The notes: generated by a model not told the origin, from the sequence alone. A stretch of DNA of 62,507 nucleotides from an uncultured Candidatus Saccharibacteria bacterium (GCA_964447515.1 CAYUSS010000005.1:1-62507), one strand, 5' to 3'; positions 44,666 through 55,309 are shown, counted from the first letter of the stretch. Translations and numbers: made by a program.

Positions 44666-45889
44666 TTATTCGTATCTCAACGCCTCTATTGGATTAAGTG
44701 ATGCTGCCCGTCTGGCTGGGTAATAACCAAAGCCAATTCCGATAACAGCTGATACGCCAAATGCCAAAAAAATAGAAAACATTGAGACACTTGTGGTAAT
44801 TCCGCCAAATTTAGCAATTAGCAAAGAAATAACCCAACCAAAGATAACGCCAATCACTCCGCCAATAAAAGTAAGAGTTGTTGCTTCTGAAAGAAACTGC
44901 AAGCTGATATCTTTGTTTTTAGCGCCTATGGCTTTACGAAGTCCAATCTCTCGAGTTCGCTCTGTGACCGTTGTCAACATCATATTCATAATGCCAATAC
45001 CGCCTACTACTAAAGAAATACTAGCAATGGCAGCCAGAAGCACTGTAAAGGTATTAGCGACAGAAGAAGCAGTTTCTACAATATCAGCTTGATTCATTAC
45101 AGAAAAATCAGCCATTAGAGGATCGGAAATGTTATGCCGAGCCAATAAAAGATTAGTTACTTGCTGCTGAACATTCGCCATATAATTTGAATCTTGGGCT
45201 TGCACGCTGATAGTTGAGACATAATCATCGCCAGATAAAAATCTCTGGGCAGTAGTAAGAGGAATAAGAATCATATCATCTTGGCTGCCGAATCCTGTTC
45301 CACCCTTTGCTTTAGTAACCCCAATAACCGTAAAATCAATTCTATTAATCCTTACTTTTTGACCGACGGGATTTACATTTTCTCCAAACAAATCATCGCG
45401 GGTTGTAGGTCCAAGAACTGCTACCTTTGATAAACTTCTTACATGCTGATCAGAAATAAACGAACCTAACTCTATTTCAACATTTCTTACTTGGCTATAG
45501 GAAGCAACCGTGCCGATTACTGAAGTATTGGTGTTTGTTCCTTTGGCTGTGATTTGATACCTATTTGAGATTTCTGGTGCTACCGCTTTTACAAAAGAAA
45601 CTTGTTCATAAATAGCTTCAGCATCTTCTTGAGTAAGCGTTTGAGCTGAGCCTCTGCCAGAGCGCACTTGCGATCCAGCACCCATCTGAAATCCAGGCAT
45701 TACCATTATTAAATTTGAACCAATGCTTTCAATGTTTGCTTGAATTTCTCCCTGAGCGCCCTGTCCAATAGAAATCATAGCCACCACTGAACCAATACCA
45801 ATAATAATACCTAAAATGGTAAGCCCTGATCTGGCTTTGTTCATAGAAATTGCCGAATAAGTTTCTTGGAATAGATCAGATATAATCAT
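44666..45889 (-). CDS. MacB/FtsX-type ABC permease
   Basis: RSGLTILGIIIGIGSVV, VGGIGIMNMML..VTERTREIGLRKAIGA, PIEALRYE. Confidence 0.93.
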   Translation of the reverse strand: MIISDLFQETYSAISMNKARSGLTILGIIIGIGSVVAMISIGQGAQGEIQANIESIGSNLIMVMPGFQMGAGSQVRSGRGSAQTLTQEDAEAIYEQVSFVKAVAPEISNRYQITAKGTNTNTSVIGTVASYSQVRNVEIELGSFISDQHVRSLSKVAVLGPTTRDDLFGENVNPVGQKVRINRIDFTVIGVTKAKGGTGFGSQDDMILIPLTTAQRFLSGDDYVSTISVQAQDSNYMANVQQQVTNLLLARHNISDPLMADFSVMNQADIVETASSVANTFTVLLAAIASISLVVGGIGIMNMMLTTVTERTREIGLRKAIGAKNKDISLQFLSEATTLTFIGGVIGVIFGWVISLLIAKFGGITTSVSMFSIFLAFGVSAVIGIGFGYYPARRAASLNPIEALRYE

Positions 45890-46599
45890 ACTTTTTTATG
45901 ATTAATTAAACGCTGACGCTGGTTTTTATTATCCTCAACTATAGCGCCATCAATAATATGGATAATTCGGTTGGCATGCTCGGCAACATAACGTTCATGG
46001 GTAATAAGCACAATAGTTCGCTTCTGTTCAGAGTTAAGCTTCTGAAATGTTTCCAAAACAATTTTACCTGTTTTTGTATCGAGGTTACCTGTGGGTTCGT
46101 CAGCCAAAATTAAAGAAGGATTATTAACAAGAGCTCGAGCAATAGCAACTCTTTGCGTTTGCCCGCCAGAGAGCTGATTAGAGAGGTGATGAAAATGAGA
46201 TTCTTCAAAGCCTGCATTCAAAAGAGATTCCCTTACCAACTTCTCTCGTTCCTCTCGTCTAATGCCAACATAAACAAGCGGCAAGACAACATTACGAAGC
46301 ACTGTAGTTCGAGGCAATAAATTAAATGATTGGAAAACAAATCCAATTTTATTTTTTCTAATATCTGCTAACTCATCATCAGAAAGCTGCGAAATATCCT
46401 GACTTGCTAAAAAATAATTTCCATAAGTGGGGGTGTCCAAACATCCTAAAATATGCATTAAGGTGGACTTACCAGAACCAGAAGGACCCATAATAGCTAC
46501 AAACTCACCCTCTTTAATGGTAAAAGAAACGCCTTTGAGCGCCTTAGTTTCTACATTACCGCTCTTATAAATTTTAGTTATATTTTGAACTTCAATCAT
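45886..46599 (-). CDS. ABC transporter ATP-binding protein (MacB/LolD-like)
   Basis: [34 protein letters not shown]. Confidence 0.95.
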   Translation of the reverse strand: MIEVQNITKIYKSGNVETKALKGVSFTIKEGEFVAIMGPSGSGKSTLMHILGCLDTPTYGNYFLASQDISQLSDDELADIRKNKIGFVFQSFNLLPRTTVLRNVVLPLVYVGIRREEREKLVRESLLNAGFEESHFHHLSNQLSGGQTQRVAIARALVNNPSLILADEPTGNLDTKTGKIVLETFQKLNSEQKRTIVLITHERYVAEHANRIIHIIDGAIVEDNKNQRQRLINHKKV

Positions 46600-46603
46600 A
46601 TAC

Positions 46604-48622
46604 TTAACGCATCATTCTAAACATTTGTCCCTGCATTTGACTGCTACCACCGAATCCTGAATTTTGTTGCGTTTGGCTTTGATTACTGGAAGAAACCATT
46701 TGAGTAATCACAATATCACCTTCTTTAAGACCATCAATAATTTCTGTCATCGTATCATTAGATAAACCGACTTGAACCTGCTGTGTTCTTAGGTTAGATG
46801 TGGGTATGATAACGCCAGAAATATTTGCTGCAGCTAAGTTAGACTCTATGGTTGTTGTGTCCGCTACTTGCACATACGCTGTATCACCCTGTTGTTTTAT
46901 CGCCGAATTGGACACCATCAGAACGTCTTGTTTAGTATCGGTAATAATTGCGACAGAAAGACTCATCCCTGATTTTAATCGCTCATCCTGCGTATCAAGG
47001 GCAATCTTAACATCGTAGGTTACCACACCTTGAGTTATAGATCCGAGAGAATCAATTTCAATAACTTTACCCGTAAGAGTCAACTCATCTATGGCATCAA
47101 AAGTAAAAGTGGCAAGCTGTCCTAATTCGACTCTCGCGATATCCACTTCGTTAAGAGTTATATTTGCCAAATAGTCTTTGCTGACAATGGTTATAAATGA
47201 AGAACCCCCTGCCCCTCCATTAGATAAAGTTTGTTCTCCTGCTTTTTCTCCTACTTTTTGATTGATTTCCACTACTACTCCATTTATAGGAGAAACAAGA
47301 AGCGCACTAGCGAGTTTGTCCTCCGCCTCCGACAGATCAAGCCGTGCCTTAGCAACTTGAGCCTCAAGAGAAGTCACGCTGTTTTCGTCAGCGCCTCGTT
47401 TAACGTCTTCCAGCTTCTCTTGGGCTTCCAAATACGCAACTTCCGCTTTGCTGACTTCATTTTGGGCTTTGGCAATTTCCAATTCATTAGGTGATTCATT
47501 GTTTACGAGATCGTCATAGAGTTCTTCTGCTTCCTCCCAATCAGCAAGGGCTTCACTTACTCCTATCTCTATGCTTTTTAATTCTGCCTGCGTATAGCCT
47601 TTTTGCTTTTTATCGAGCTCATCTTGAGCCTCAAGATATTTTATTTCAAGTTCATTCCTTTTAATCCTCGCGTCCTCGATATCCTGTTGATCAGAAGGAG
47701 GGTTGGATCGGATATTATTGTATTCGTCAACAGCGTTCTGCCAAGCGGTGTAAGCCGATTCCCTTTGGGCTTGAGCAAGCTGATATTCCGCCTGCTTTAC
47801 TGAATTGTCGGGATCTTCATTTAGCTCAGCCAGTTTCAAAGCTTCGTAAGCCAAGGCTTCCTGATATGCGGCGTATTTCTCGTCCATTTTGTTTTGTGCC
47901 GCTTGAATTTCCGCTTGAGTCGGCGTAGGATCGTTTATTAAGTCAATGTATTCTTGATTGGCTCTGTTGTAAGTAGCCAGAGCTTTATCATAGGCAATTT
48001 GAGCTTTTTTGATCTCAAGTTCACCATAACCGTTTTGCATATCTTCATACTCTTCCTTAAGGTCCAAATAACGTAATTCCAGTTCGTCCATTTTATTTTT
48101 TGCGTCATCGAGTTCTCTCTGCTCTGGTGGATCATTGGCGATGAACTCTTCATAATCCTGCTTGGCTTCTTCCAGATTTAGACGGGCTATTTCTACAGCT
48201 GTTCCCAAAGAGCGCAACTCGGCTGCAGTAGCTTCACTCAGAAGTTCCGCAAGCTGCTCGTCTTTGTCGGCAAGATTTACTTTAGCTAAAGCAACCTGCA
48301 ACTGTAGTTCAGTGCTGTCAACTCGAGATAACCAATCTCCTTTCTCCACTTCCTCGCCTTCTTCCACATAAATGTTGGTTATTCTTCCATTACTGTCAAA
48401 ATCAAGACCGACTTCCTCTGCCAGGCTAATTGTGCCACCACCGCTTATAGAAGTGATAATCGTGCCTCTTTCAACTGCTGCTGTAACATATCGTGTAGCA
48501 CCGTCATCTTTGGTTAATCCTTGATAACCAAAATAGCCACCAACAATAATCAATATCAGGCTTATTCCTATTATTAGTTTTTTCCGAAAAATCTGTTTGA
48601 ATAGCTTAACCAATATACTCAT
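46604..48622 (-). CDS. MacA-like membrane fusion protein with very long helical hairpin
   Basis: VEEGEEVEKGD...lipoyl-like half, LVSPINGVV, beta-barrel and GLSNDTMTEIIDGL; ~330 aa coiled-coil insert. Confidence 0.85.
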   Translation of the reverse strand: MSILVKLFKQIFRKKLIIGISLILIIVGGYFGYQGLTKDDGATRYVTAAVERGTIITSISGGGTISLAEEVGLDFDSNGRITNIYVEEGEEVEKGDWLSRVDSTELQLQVALAKVNLADKDEQLAELLSEATAAELRSLGTAVEIARLNLEEAKQDYEEFIANDPPEQRELDDAKNKMDELELRYLDLKEEYEDMQNGYGELEIKKAQIAYDKALATYNRANQEYIDLINDPTPTQAEIQAAQNKMDEKYAAYQEALAYEALKLAELNEDPDNSVKQAEYQLAQAQRESAYTAWQNAVDEYNNIRSNPPSDQQDIEDARIKRNELEIKYLEAQDELDKKQKGYTQAELKSIEIGVSEALADWEEAEELYDDLVNNESPNELEIAKAQNEVSKAEVAYLEAQEKLEDVKRGADENSVTSLEAQVAKARLDLSEAEDKLASALLVSPINGVVVEINQKVGEKAGEQTLSNGGAGGSSFITIVSKDYLANITLNEVDIARVELGQLATFTFDAIDELTLTGKVIEIDSLGSITQGVVTYDVKIALDTQDERLKSGMSLSVAIITDTKQDVLMVSNSAIKQQGDTAYVQVADTTTIESNLAAANISGVIIPTSNLRTQQVQVGLSNDTMTEIIDGLKEGDIVITQMVSSSNQSQTQQNSGFGGSSQMQGQMFRMMR

Positions 48623-48633
48623 ATTATTAAGGA

Positions 48634-49155
48634 TTAAAGCAATGGAAATTGAGAACCTTTGTAGGGCATAGGTGAACCTTTTAATTCTCCATTAAAAACG
48701 CGTATCAGCTTAGCTTCGATTTGTCCTTCTTCATTTGGTGAGCCAATAATGACCACGCCATTACCAACCCCCAAGCTATCTTTTACGGTCTCCATCCCTC
48801 TTTTGATTACCGTATCTTCGGTGATTATAACTATTTTCTCTACATCGCCACGACCTTTAATGACAAAACCATTATCTTTAAGCTCAATAATTTCGCCAAA
48901 CGCACCATGACCTTCAATAAATTCTCCAGGCATAGGGGGCATTTTTTGCCAATCGCCAAAAAATCCTCCCCGAGGTCCAGCAAAGTTCTTATGATAGCTT
49001 TCTGCCCAGCGATAAGAAAACTTTGCCTTCATTCCGCCAACAACCATACCTGCACCGAATATCAAAACAACAACTGCAAAACCAACCAAAGCAATAACGA
49101 CCCACTTAAGAGTATCGTGGTTTATTTTTTTATTATATTGTTTTTCTTCATTCAT
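48634..49155 (-). CDS. membrane-anchored hypothetical protein (DUF5666-like)
   Basis: TM helix, WAESYHKNF, HGAFGEII, EAKLIRVF. Confidence 0.65.
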   Translation of the reverse strand: MNEEKQYNKKINHDTLKWVVIALVGFAVVVLIFGAGMVVGGMKAKFSYRWAESYHKNFAGPRGGFFGDWQKMPPMPGEFIEGHGAFGEIIELKDNGFVIKGRGDVEKIVIITEDTVIKRGMETVKDSLGVGNGVVIIGSPNEEGQIEAKLIRVFNGELKGSPMPYKGSQFPLL

Positions 49156-49189
49156 ATATTTTTATTAAAATTAGATTAATAATTATTTA

Positions 49190-49609
49190 TTAAACAAAAC
49201 CCTGCATTAAATAGCCAAGTAGTAATCTCTTTCTGTGTAGAAACAATCTAAGTGTAAAAACAGATACAGCCAGACTCAGCAAAAAAACCATTATGCTTCT
49301 AATTGGTAATGACTCAATAATAGCTAAGCTAAAATCTTGCCAGAGAGCAAAAAATGTCCCCAAATCGCTGATTGCGGTGGAGATAAAATAAGAAATCCCT
49401 GAACTTTCTACTTGATTGACAAGCATCGTCCCAGAAAGAGGAGTGGCAACTAAGGAAACTAATAAGAGAGATAAAAAACCAAACAGTAATCTCTTAGTAT
49501 GCCGTAGTTCCTGTTCTCGCTTAATTGCAAGAATTATCCGATCAAAAAGACCCACAGGCGGTTCTTTGGGTTCAAGATTGGTAAAAAGTTTCTCGTAGTC
49601 TTTACGCAT
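49190..49609 (-). CDS. membrane protein, putative anti-sigma factor
   Basis: EPP..LFDRIILAI followed by TM helices; directly downstream of the ECF sigma. Confidence 0.55.
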   Translation of the reverse strand: MRKDYEKLFTNLEPKEPPVGLFDRIILAIKREQELRHTKRLLFGFLSLLLVSLVATPLSGTMLVNQVESSGISYFISTAISDLGTFFALWQDFSLAIIESLPIRSIMVFLLSLAVSVFTLRLFLHRKRLLLGYLMQGFV

Positions 49610-49679
49610 ATCTCTATTTACTAATACGAAAAAAGGATGCATTTTGGTGCATCCTTTTTTGTTGGTCTTTGAAATAAAT

Positions 49680-50240
49680 TTAGGAGTTGGTGAAGAGTTT
49701 TCTAAGTAAAATAAGAGCTCGCCTATGCCTGCTTTTAATAGTATTCAAAGGCTCTCCCAGAACTTCAGCAATTTCTCTAAAAGTAAAATGATCATTATAT
49801 CGAAGGAATAAGACCATGCGGTTTTTTGGAATCAATTGATTCATCACCGCATTAAGTGTTTCCGTGATGCCAATTCGTTCAAGAATCTCGTTAGGAAGGG
49901 GGGCGGGATTCGCAAGAGTCTCTATAAGTATGTTTTCTCCCTCTTCATTCTCGAAATTAGAAAAAGGTATGGCTTTTTTCTTCCTGAGCCAGTCAATGGA
50001 AGTATTTTTGGCAATACTAAAAATCCAGGTTTTGAAGTTTTTGTTTTGGTCAAATTTTTTCAAGTTCCGCCATACCTTCACAAAAACTTCCTGCGTTATA
50101 TCTTCGGCTTCCTGTTCATCGCCAACATAGCGATAAACAAAGCTATAAATCGGCTTGAGATAGCTCTTTATCAAAGCCTCAAATGCTCCCTCATCACCTG
50201 CGAGATAATCAATTATAAGTTGTTTATCTGAACGATTCAT
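49680..50240 (-). CDS. ECF RNA polymerase sigma factor
   Basis: AEDITQEVFVKVW, FKTWIFSIAKN..ID, region 4 TFREIAEVLGEPLNTIKSR. Confidence 0.93.
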   Translation of the reverse strand: MNRSDKQLIIDYLAGDEGAFEALIKSYLKPIYSFVYRYVGDEQEAEDITQEVFVKVWRNLKKFDQNKNFKTWIFSIAKNTSIDWLRKKKAIPFSNFENEEGENILIETLANPAPLPNEILERIGITETLNAVMNQLIPKNRMVLFLRYNDHFTFREIAEVLGEPLNTIKSRHRRALILLRKLFTNS

Positions 50241-50320
50241 ACTTTATGTAAAATAGCAGATATTTATAAAAAAGTCCATTGTATTATCTTATTTTACCCT
50301 ACCCTTTAACTCACTATTTT

Positions 50321-50566
50321 TCAAGTTTTCTTTCTCAAATAATCGGAAAGCATTCCCAATAATTCTGCGGCAAATCCAACCATTATTCCTGATATAGCTC
50401 CTTTTCCTACGATATACCAATTAAATCCAGAAAATAGGGCGATTATAAAACCAATTATTGCTCCAGCAGTTAACCCGCCCCAAAGAGCATTCCGTCCACG
50501 CCTAAAATATACGGCTAATAAAATGATTGAAATAATGCCAAGTATTATCCAAATGTTGTTAGTCAT
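50321..50566 (-). CDS. small membrane protein
   Basis: 81 aa, three hydrophobic segments. Confidence 0.55.
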   Translation of the reverse strand: MTNNIWIILGIISIILLAVYFRRGRNALWGGLTAGAIIGFIIALFSGFNWYIVGKGAISGIMVGFAAELLGMLSDYLRKKT

Positions 50567-50603
50567 AATTATTATTGGTCTCGCCCGACACTTCGGGTAA
50601 GGT

Positions 50604-53072
50604 TCAGCGATTTAAGACTTTATCAATTGATTTATCAAGTTCTTTTAGTTCGTGTTGGTGTTTCGCCTTAAAGGAAGTGGAAACTTGGATGTGCGAAATA
50701 ATGCTTTTTTGTAAATCCGAATGTCTTTTCGGATTTGGTATTTGGACTTCTTTTATCACATTAAACGAAACGGCGTCTCTAATACTACCAGTAGCCAATA
50801 ACTCTAAATAAAGGCGATAGAAATTATTGCGAAGAATAGAAATAATGTATTGTGGTTCAATTTCTTTCTTCTTTCCATTTTTTACTCTCATAACAACATA
50901 GGCGGGACTAACAAGCATCCCATCTAATTCTTTCGGGACGACTCCTATTGAACCAACATTGATACGATAAGGGTTGTATGCAATGTCTCCAGCCCGAACC
51001 ACTTTATATTTCTGATTGATGTCCTCGCCCAATCTTTCCTCATTAAAAAGCACTAAACCCTCGTTAATAACAGATAGTATTGGATAATACTTTGATGGTT
51101 CTTCACGGGGGTCAATCTTATCTTTAACCTCGTCAACAAAATTACCAAGTTTTACTCTTTCAAACTTCCTTCGTTCCAACTCTCGTCTAAACCAGTAATA
51201 TCTGGCATCGAATCTGTCTTCTAACGAGCCCGAATCAACCACAAAAGACAAGTCTTCGCTGACATTCTTCCCGCTTAAAAATTGTTCCCAGCCCAAGAGA
51301 ACCTTATCTAAATCAGTTTTTTCGCCTTCTTTTATTGTCGGCTTACCATTAGGCTCATATCCAATATCTTTCACAACTCCCATAAAGATTTTGTGAGAGC
51401 GTTTAACTCCGCCCTTTTTCTTTTTTAGAAACAACAAACTGGTATTGATTGTAGGAACTCCGCTCGGAGTAAAGGTATGTGCTGGCAACGAAACAACCCC
51501 GACTATCTGGGCGTTTTCTAAAATAAACTCTCGCACATATCCCATTGATGGATTTCCTAAAACTCCGTCTGGTAAAACTATCCCCATTCTTCCCCCTTCT
51601 TTTAAGTAATCTAAACATCTCTCAATAAATAAAACTTCTGTTCTTTGTTGTTTTCTGCCGTTGGTTTTAGAGCCCAGAAAATAATCTGCTAAATAACGAT
51701 GCTCTTTTTCTGACACACTTGCACCAAAGGGCGGATTGGTAAGCAACAAAGTGTATTTACCCAATTTAATATCTCGGCGGGGATTAAACTTTGATACCAC
51801 ATCAAGAGAATCATTATTTTCTATATTGGAATGACCATCCTCGTGGATAATCATATTCATCATTGCTATTCTCGATAGCTGACTATTTACTTCTACCCCA
51901 TAAAGATTATAAAGAGCAAAATCACTCCACTGGCGTTTTGCATTATCTGGTTCAAACTTCGCTTCAATTTCTTTCCTGACTTTATCTAAAATATAAAGAA
52001 GAAAACCACCGCTTCCGCACGCTGGGTCAATAACCACATCGTCAACGACTGGCTTCATAAAATCTACCATAAACCTAACGACTTCTCGTGGGGTAAAATA
52101 CTGACCCATTTCGCCTCTAAATATCTTTTTAAGAAATGTCTCAAAAGCCCTACCCTTAGAATCCAGCTCGGTTCTTGAAAGAGAAATACCCTGTAATTTT
52201 TCTACCACGCTATAAAGCACTTCATCGCTTAACCTCAATGGTGCTTCGAAAACATCGGGGTCTCTTTGTTGAGCTTTTTGGTAAATGCCACGAACCCTAT
52301 CCGCTACCTCTTTTGCTGTTTCGTGAGTTCCGACTTGAAAATTATAATAATCGCCGATAGGCGTAAGCGTTCGTTCGTCTTTATCTTTACAAAACATTAA
52401 CTTGCTCATTTCATCAAAAGCCTCTGCTGGGTTCATCTTGCCGCCCTGCCAGATAATGTCGTGGCACTGCTGAAGACGAGATTGAAGTTCATACAAATTA
52501 GCTGGTTTCAAATCCCATTCAGGGTCGGCTTTTTTGAACTTAAACTTTACAACTTTCCCATAGCGAATAGGAATGTCAGAGATAATGTTTTTATCTCGCT
52601 CCTGCGGGTCAAAACCAGCTACATCAAAGGCAACCTCAATACTTCCCGCTACCATCATCGCATAGGGGGCTCTTAAAGAGTTTGCGTTCCCGAACGCCTG
52701 CTCAATCGCTTGGGAGATTGCTGACTGCGGTATGCCTTCTTTTTTACACTCCACGACAATATAGGGACGCTTTCTGGCATCGTCTTCATAAATTACAATG
52801 TCGGCAGAATCCGATGGGGTGCGTCTTGGCACAACCACTTCTAAATCAATGCGATTTTCTGGATATTTGTATTTATCAATTAGTTTTACATAAAAAGACG
52901 CCCGCACGATTTCTTCGGGGTCTTGAAAATTATAAGACTTGCCTGTTTTGAGGTAAGTTATTCTGCCATCTTTAATAGAAAGCAGTTTGTTCTTTTCGCC
53001 AAGTGCAATGAGATGCTGAAAGGCGTCAAAAGAATCTTTATGATTTTGATTCTCATTCTTATTTTTAGGCAT
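50604..53072 (-). CDS. fused restriction-modification enzyme (HsdR_N nuclease + N6-adenine MTase + single TRD; type IIG/IIB-like)
   Basis: SADIV..VVECKK nuclease motif, GQYFTPR, DPACGSGG, TNPPFG, C-terminal HsdS-like segment. Confidence 0.85.
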   Translation of the reverse strand: MPKNKNENQNHKDSFDAFQHLIALGEKNKLLSIKDGRITYLKTGKSYNFQDPEEIVRASFYVKLIDKYKYPENRIDLEVVVPRRTPSDSADIVIYEDDARKRPYIVVECKKEGIPQSAISQAIEQAFGNANSLRAPYAMMVAGSIEVAFDVAGFDPQERDKNIISDIPIRYGKVVKFKFKKADPEWDLKPANLYELQSRLQQCHDIIWQGGKMNPAEAFDEMSKLMFCKDKDERTLTPIGDYYNFQVGTHETAKEVADRVRGIYQKAQQRDPDVFEAPLRLSDEVLYSVVEKLQGISLSRTELDSKGRAFETFLKKIFRGEMGQYFTPREVVRFMVDFMKPVVDDVVIDPACGSGGFLLYILDKVRKEIEAKFEPDNAKRQWSDFALYNLYGVEVNSQLSRIAMMNMIIHEDGHSNIENNDSLDVVSKFNPRRDIKLGKYTLLLTNPPFGASVSEKEHRYLADYFLGSKTNGRKQQRTEVLFIERCLDYLKEGGRMGIVLPDGVLGNPSMGYVREFILENAQIVGVVSLPAHTFTPSGVPTINTSLLFLKKKKGGVKRSHKIFMGVVKDIGYEPNGKPTIKEGEKTDLDKVLLGWEQFLSGKNVSEDLSFVVDSGSLEDRFDARYYWFRRELERRKFERVKLGNFVDEVKDKIDPREEPSKYYPILSVINEGLVLFNEERLGEDINQKYKVVRAGDIAYNPYRINVGSIGVVPKELDGMLVSPAYVVMRVKNGKKKEIEPQYIISILRNNFYRLYLELLATGSIRDAVSFNVIKEVQIPNPKRHSDLQKSIISHIQVSTSFKAKHQHELKELDKSIDKVLNR

Positions 53073-53326
53073 AGGTGAACGCTATGTTTCGGCTATCTTC
53101 AAAACAAAAAGGGACAGCCAAGCTGTTCACCCACAACGGTTCGTCCCGAAGGAGTCCCCAATTATGGAACTTGACTGCCCCTTCCTACCCACAATTGGGT
53201 AAAGAGACAGTTCTCCTTCGGAAAAAATCCGTTGTAGGTGAACAATTTTATAGTATCTCATTTTTCTAAAAAAATAAAGTGTTTTAACTTGAAAAATAAC
53301 CAAAAATAAGATAAAATAAGTATAAA

Positions 53327-55135
53327 ATGAGTATGAAAAATGAAAATGTGAAATCAAAAATCAAAAAAGAGCAACTGCTTTCAGAACAGACATTTATCAA
53401 TTATTGCGGTTATGACGAAGCCAACATTCACGGGGGAAGGACAAGCAGGTTAGATATTGACCAAAAATTTATTAAAGCGGCTGAAAAAGATGGTTTTATA
53501 AAACCTTTATTGAAATCAAAGGAATCAGTTAAGCAAAAGGACGGGGATGAAAAGTTGGAAATGGTTAATTATTATAGCCCTTTTCAAATTTATCTTGTTT
53601 TGGAATTATCGAAAAATATAATTGATGAGAATGGCTATCTACGAAGTCCTTCTAACCTTGAGTGGCAAAAAGAAAAAAACTTCAGATGGGTTAACTGGGG
53701 CGGGGGTATGTCCCTAACAATAGATAAGAAAAGGAGATGGGAACGCAACCCGAAGTTTGCGTCTGAAAATCTCCCCTTATTCTGTGATTATTTTCATCGT
53801 TTTCTTGCGTTTATACACACTTTTGAATTAAAAACAGACTATATCAGAGAAATTGAAGAACGCAGGCATTTCTCAAAATTGCCATCAGTTTCTTATAACT
53901 TTGAATCTCTTAAGGACGGGGGCTTAAAATTGCTTAAAAATCATAAATTGGACATAAAAACTCTTAATCTACTTAGAAAGGAAGTGGCACAACTTGCGAC
54001 AATGATTGACCCGCTCGAACATTGGTATTACTACATCAAACGACATACTCAATTTAGAAAAGACCTACTTAAGGGCGATGCGGCGTTGGCACAAGAACTC
54101 TATCGAATCTATGATTTAATAACAATAATTGTAGAGACAATGACTGGAGAAAAATCAGAACCGCTATCTGATTTTTTATATCCAGATATCACCCCCTTCT
54201 TAATACAGAAGGTAAATTATCAAAGTGGAGAAGATGTAAAAGCTCTACAATTTGCTATCCAGCAATTCAAAGAATGGAAAAAGAAAAAAGAAAATAAGCG
54301 TTTTGCCACCAAAGAAATAATGAAAAAATTGAATGCAGTTGAGAAAAAAATAAAAGGCTACGAACAACGATATGGCGATAGAAGTTATGCTGGTAGCGTA
54401 AGGACAATAGAAGCTGAAGAAAATATAAAACTTGATGATTTAGATGAAGAAACCAAAAAAGATGTTAAAGACACGCTCAAACAAATGAAAGAACAAAAAA
54501 TGAAGGTTGAGTTAGGACAAGAAATTTCTCAAGCTATAGAACATAGACTCTCTGAATTAAGGCGTGAATTAGATGGCATCTTCTATGATGTTGGCGGAAA
54601 ACTTCGGGACAGAGAAAATGAGTGGTGGCAAAAAGAACGAAATTTCCATAACATCTTCTGGATGGCTAACCGAGAGAAACTTGCAAAACTTCCAAGAGAA
54701 GAACAATTAAAATTATCCAGAAAAGAATCTGATAAAATTGTCAGGAAGGCGAAGGAGTGGGGACGGCGAGGAGAAGAATTTGCTAATTCCGTCTCAAGAT
54801 ATGCTGACCTTGTTTTTTGTAAGGTTTGTAGAAAAAATCCGATTCAACTCCATATTGAAAATAACAACTTGAATATGTGGGAAGTTTCTCGCTCGGTAAT
54901 CTGTGATGAGTGTATACGGACTAAAAAACTTGAGGAAATGGAATCGGGGGAATGGAAGTGTTCGTGCGGTAAAATTTTATACAAGTTTGTGCATAATAAT
55001 ATCATCGCTCTTAGAACACAAAATAAAGTAGATATTAAGCTCGAAATCGCATATGGAAAAAGTCTATTAGAGGCTACTTGCCCTGAATGCGGCAGAAAAA
55101 ACCAACGAAGAATAGACTGGGGATGGATGCCGTAA
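53327..55135 (+). CDS. large hypothetical protein with C-terminal Cys clusters
   Basis: 602 aa; CKVC, CDEC, CSC, CPEC; no family recognised. Confidence 0.7.
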   Translation: MSMKNENVKSKIKKEQLLSEQTFINYCGYDEANIHGGRTSRLDIDQKFIKAAEKDGFIKPLLKSKESVKQKDGDEKLEMVNYYSPFQIYLVLELSKNIIDENGYLRSPSNLEWQKEKNFRWVNWGGGMSLTIDKKRRWERNPKFASENLPLFCDYFHRFLAFIHTFELKTDYIREIEERRHFSKLPSVSYNFESLKDGGLKLLKNHKLDIKTLNLLRKEVAQLATMIDPLEHWYYYIKRHTQFRKDLLKGDAALAQELYRIYDLITIIVETMTGEKSEPLSDFLYPDITPFLIQKVNYQSGEDVKALQFAIQQFKEWKKKKENKRFATKEIMKKLNAVEKKIKGYEQRYGDRSYAGSVRTIEAEENIKLDDLDEETKKDVKDTLKQMKEQKMKVELGQEISQAIEHRLSELRRELDGIFYDVGGKLRDRENEWWQKERNFHNIFWMANREKLAKLPREEQLKLSRKESDKIVRKAKEWGRRGEEFANSVSRYADLVFCKVCRKNPIQLHIENNNLNMWEVSRSVICDECIRTKKLEEMESGEWKCSCGKILYKFVHNNIIALRTQNKVDIKLEIAYGKSLLEATCPECGRKNQRRIDWGWMP

Positions 55136-55167
55136 TCCCTTTGTCGTCTATTGTTATAGAGAGAATG

Positions 55168-55196
55168 TTGACAGCGGAAAATCAGTTTGCTAAAAT
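55168..55196 (+). promoter_or_regulatory. sigma70 promoter
   Basis: TTGACA-17-TAAAAT. Confidence 0.7.
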
Positions 55197-55256
55197 TAAA
55201 TTAGCTAAAATAAATAACCAGTTAGTTAAGGGCTAACCCAAGTAGCGATAAAAAGG

Positions 55257-55309
55257 GCTACTAATGAATATCCAGTAATCATACTGGGTGTCTGTTAGTA
55301 GCTTTTTTT
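55257..55309 (+). terminator. leader terminator upstream of the sigma2-only gene
   Basis: GCTACTAA/TTAGTAGC outer stem, inner stem, T7 tract. Confidence 0.65.

Noticed and set aside
53124-53244. Integron attC site
   Set aside because: Poor fit to RYYYAAC/GTTRRRY, located between divergent gene starts rather than after a stop, and no integron integrase.
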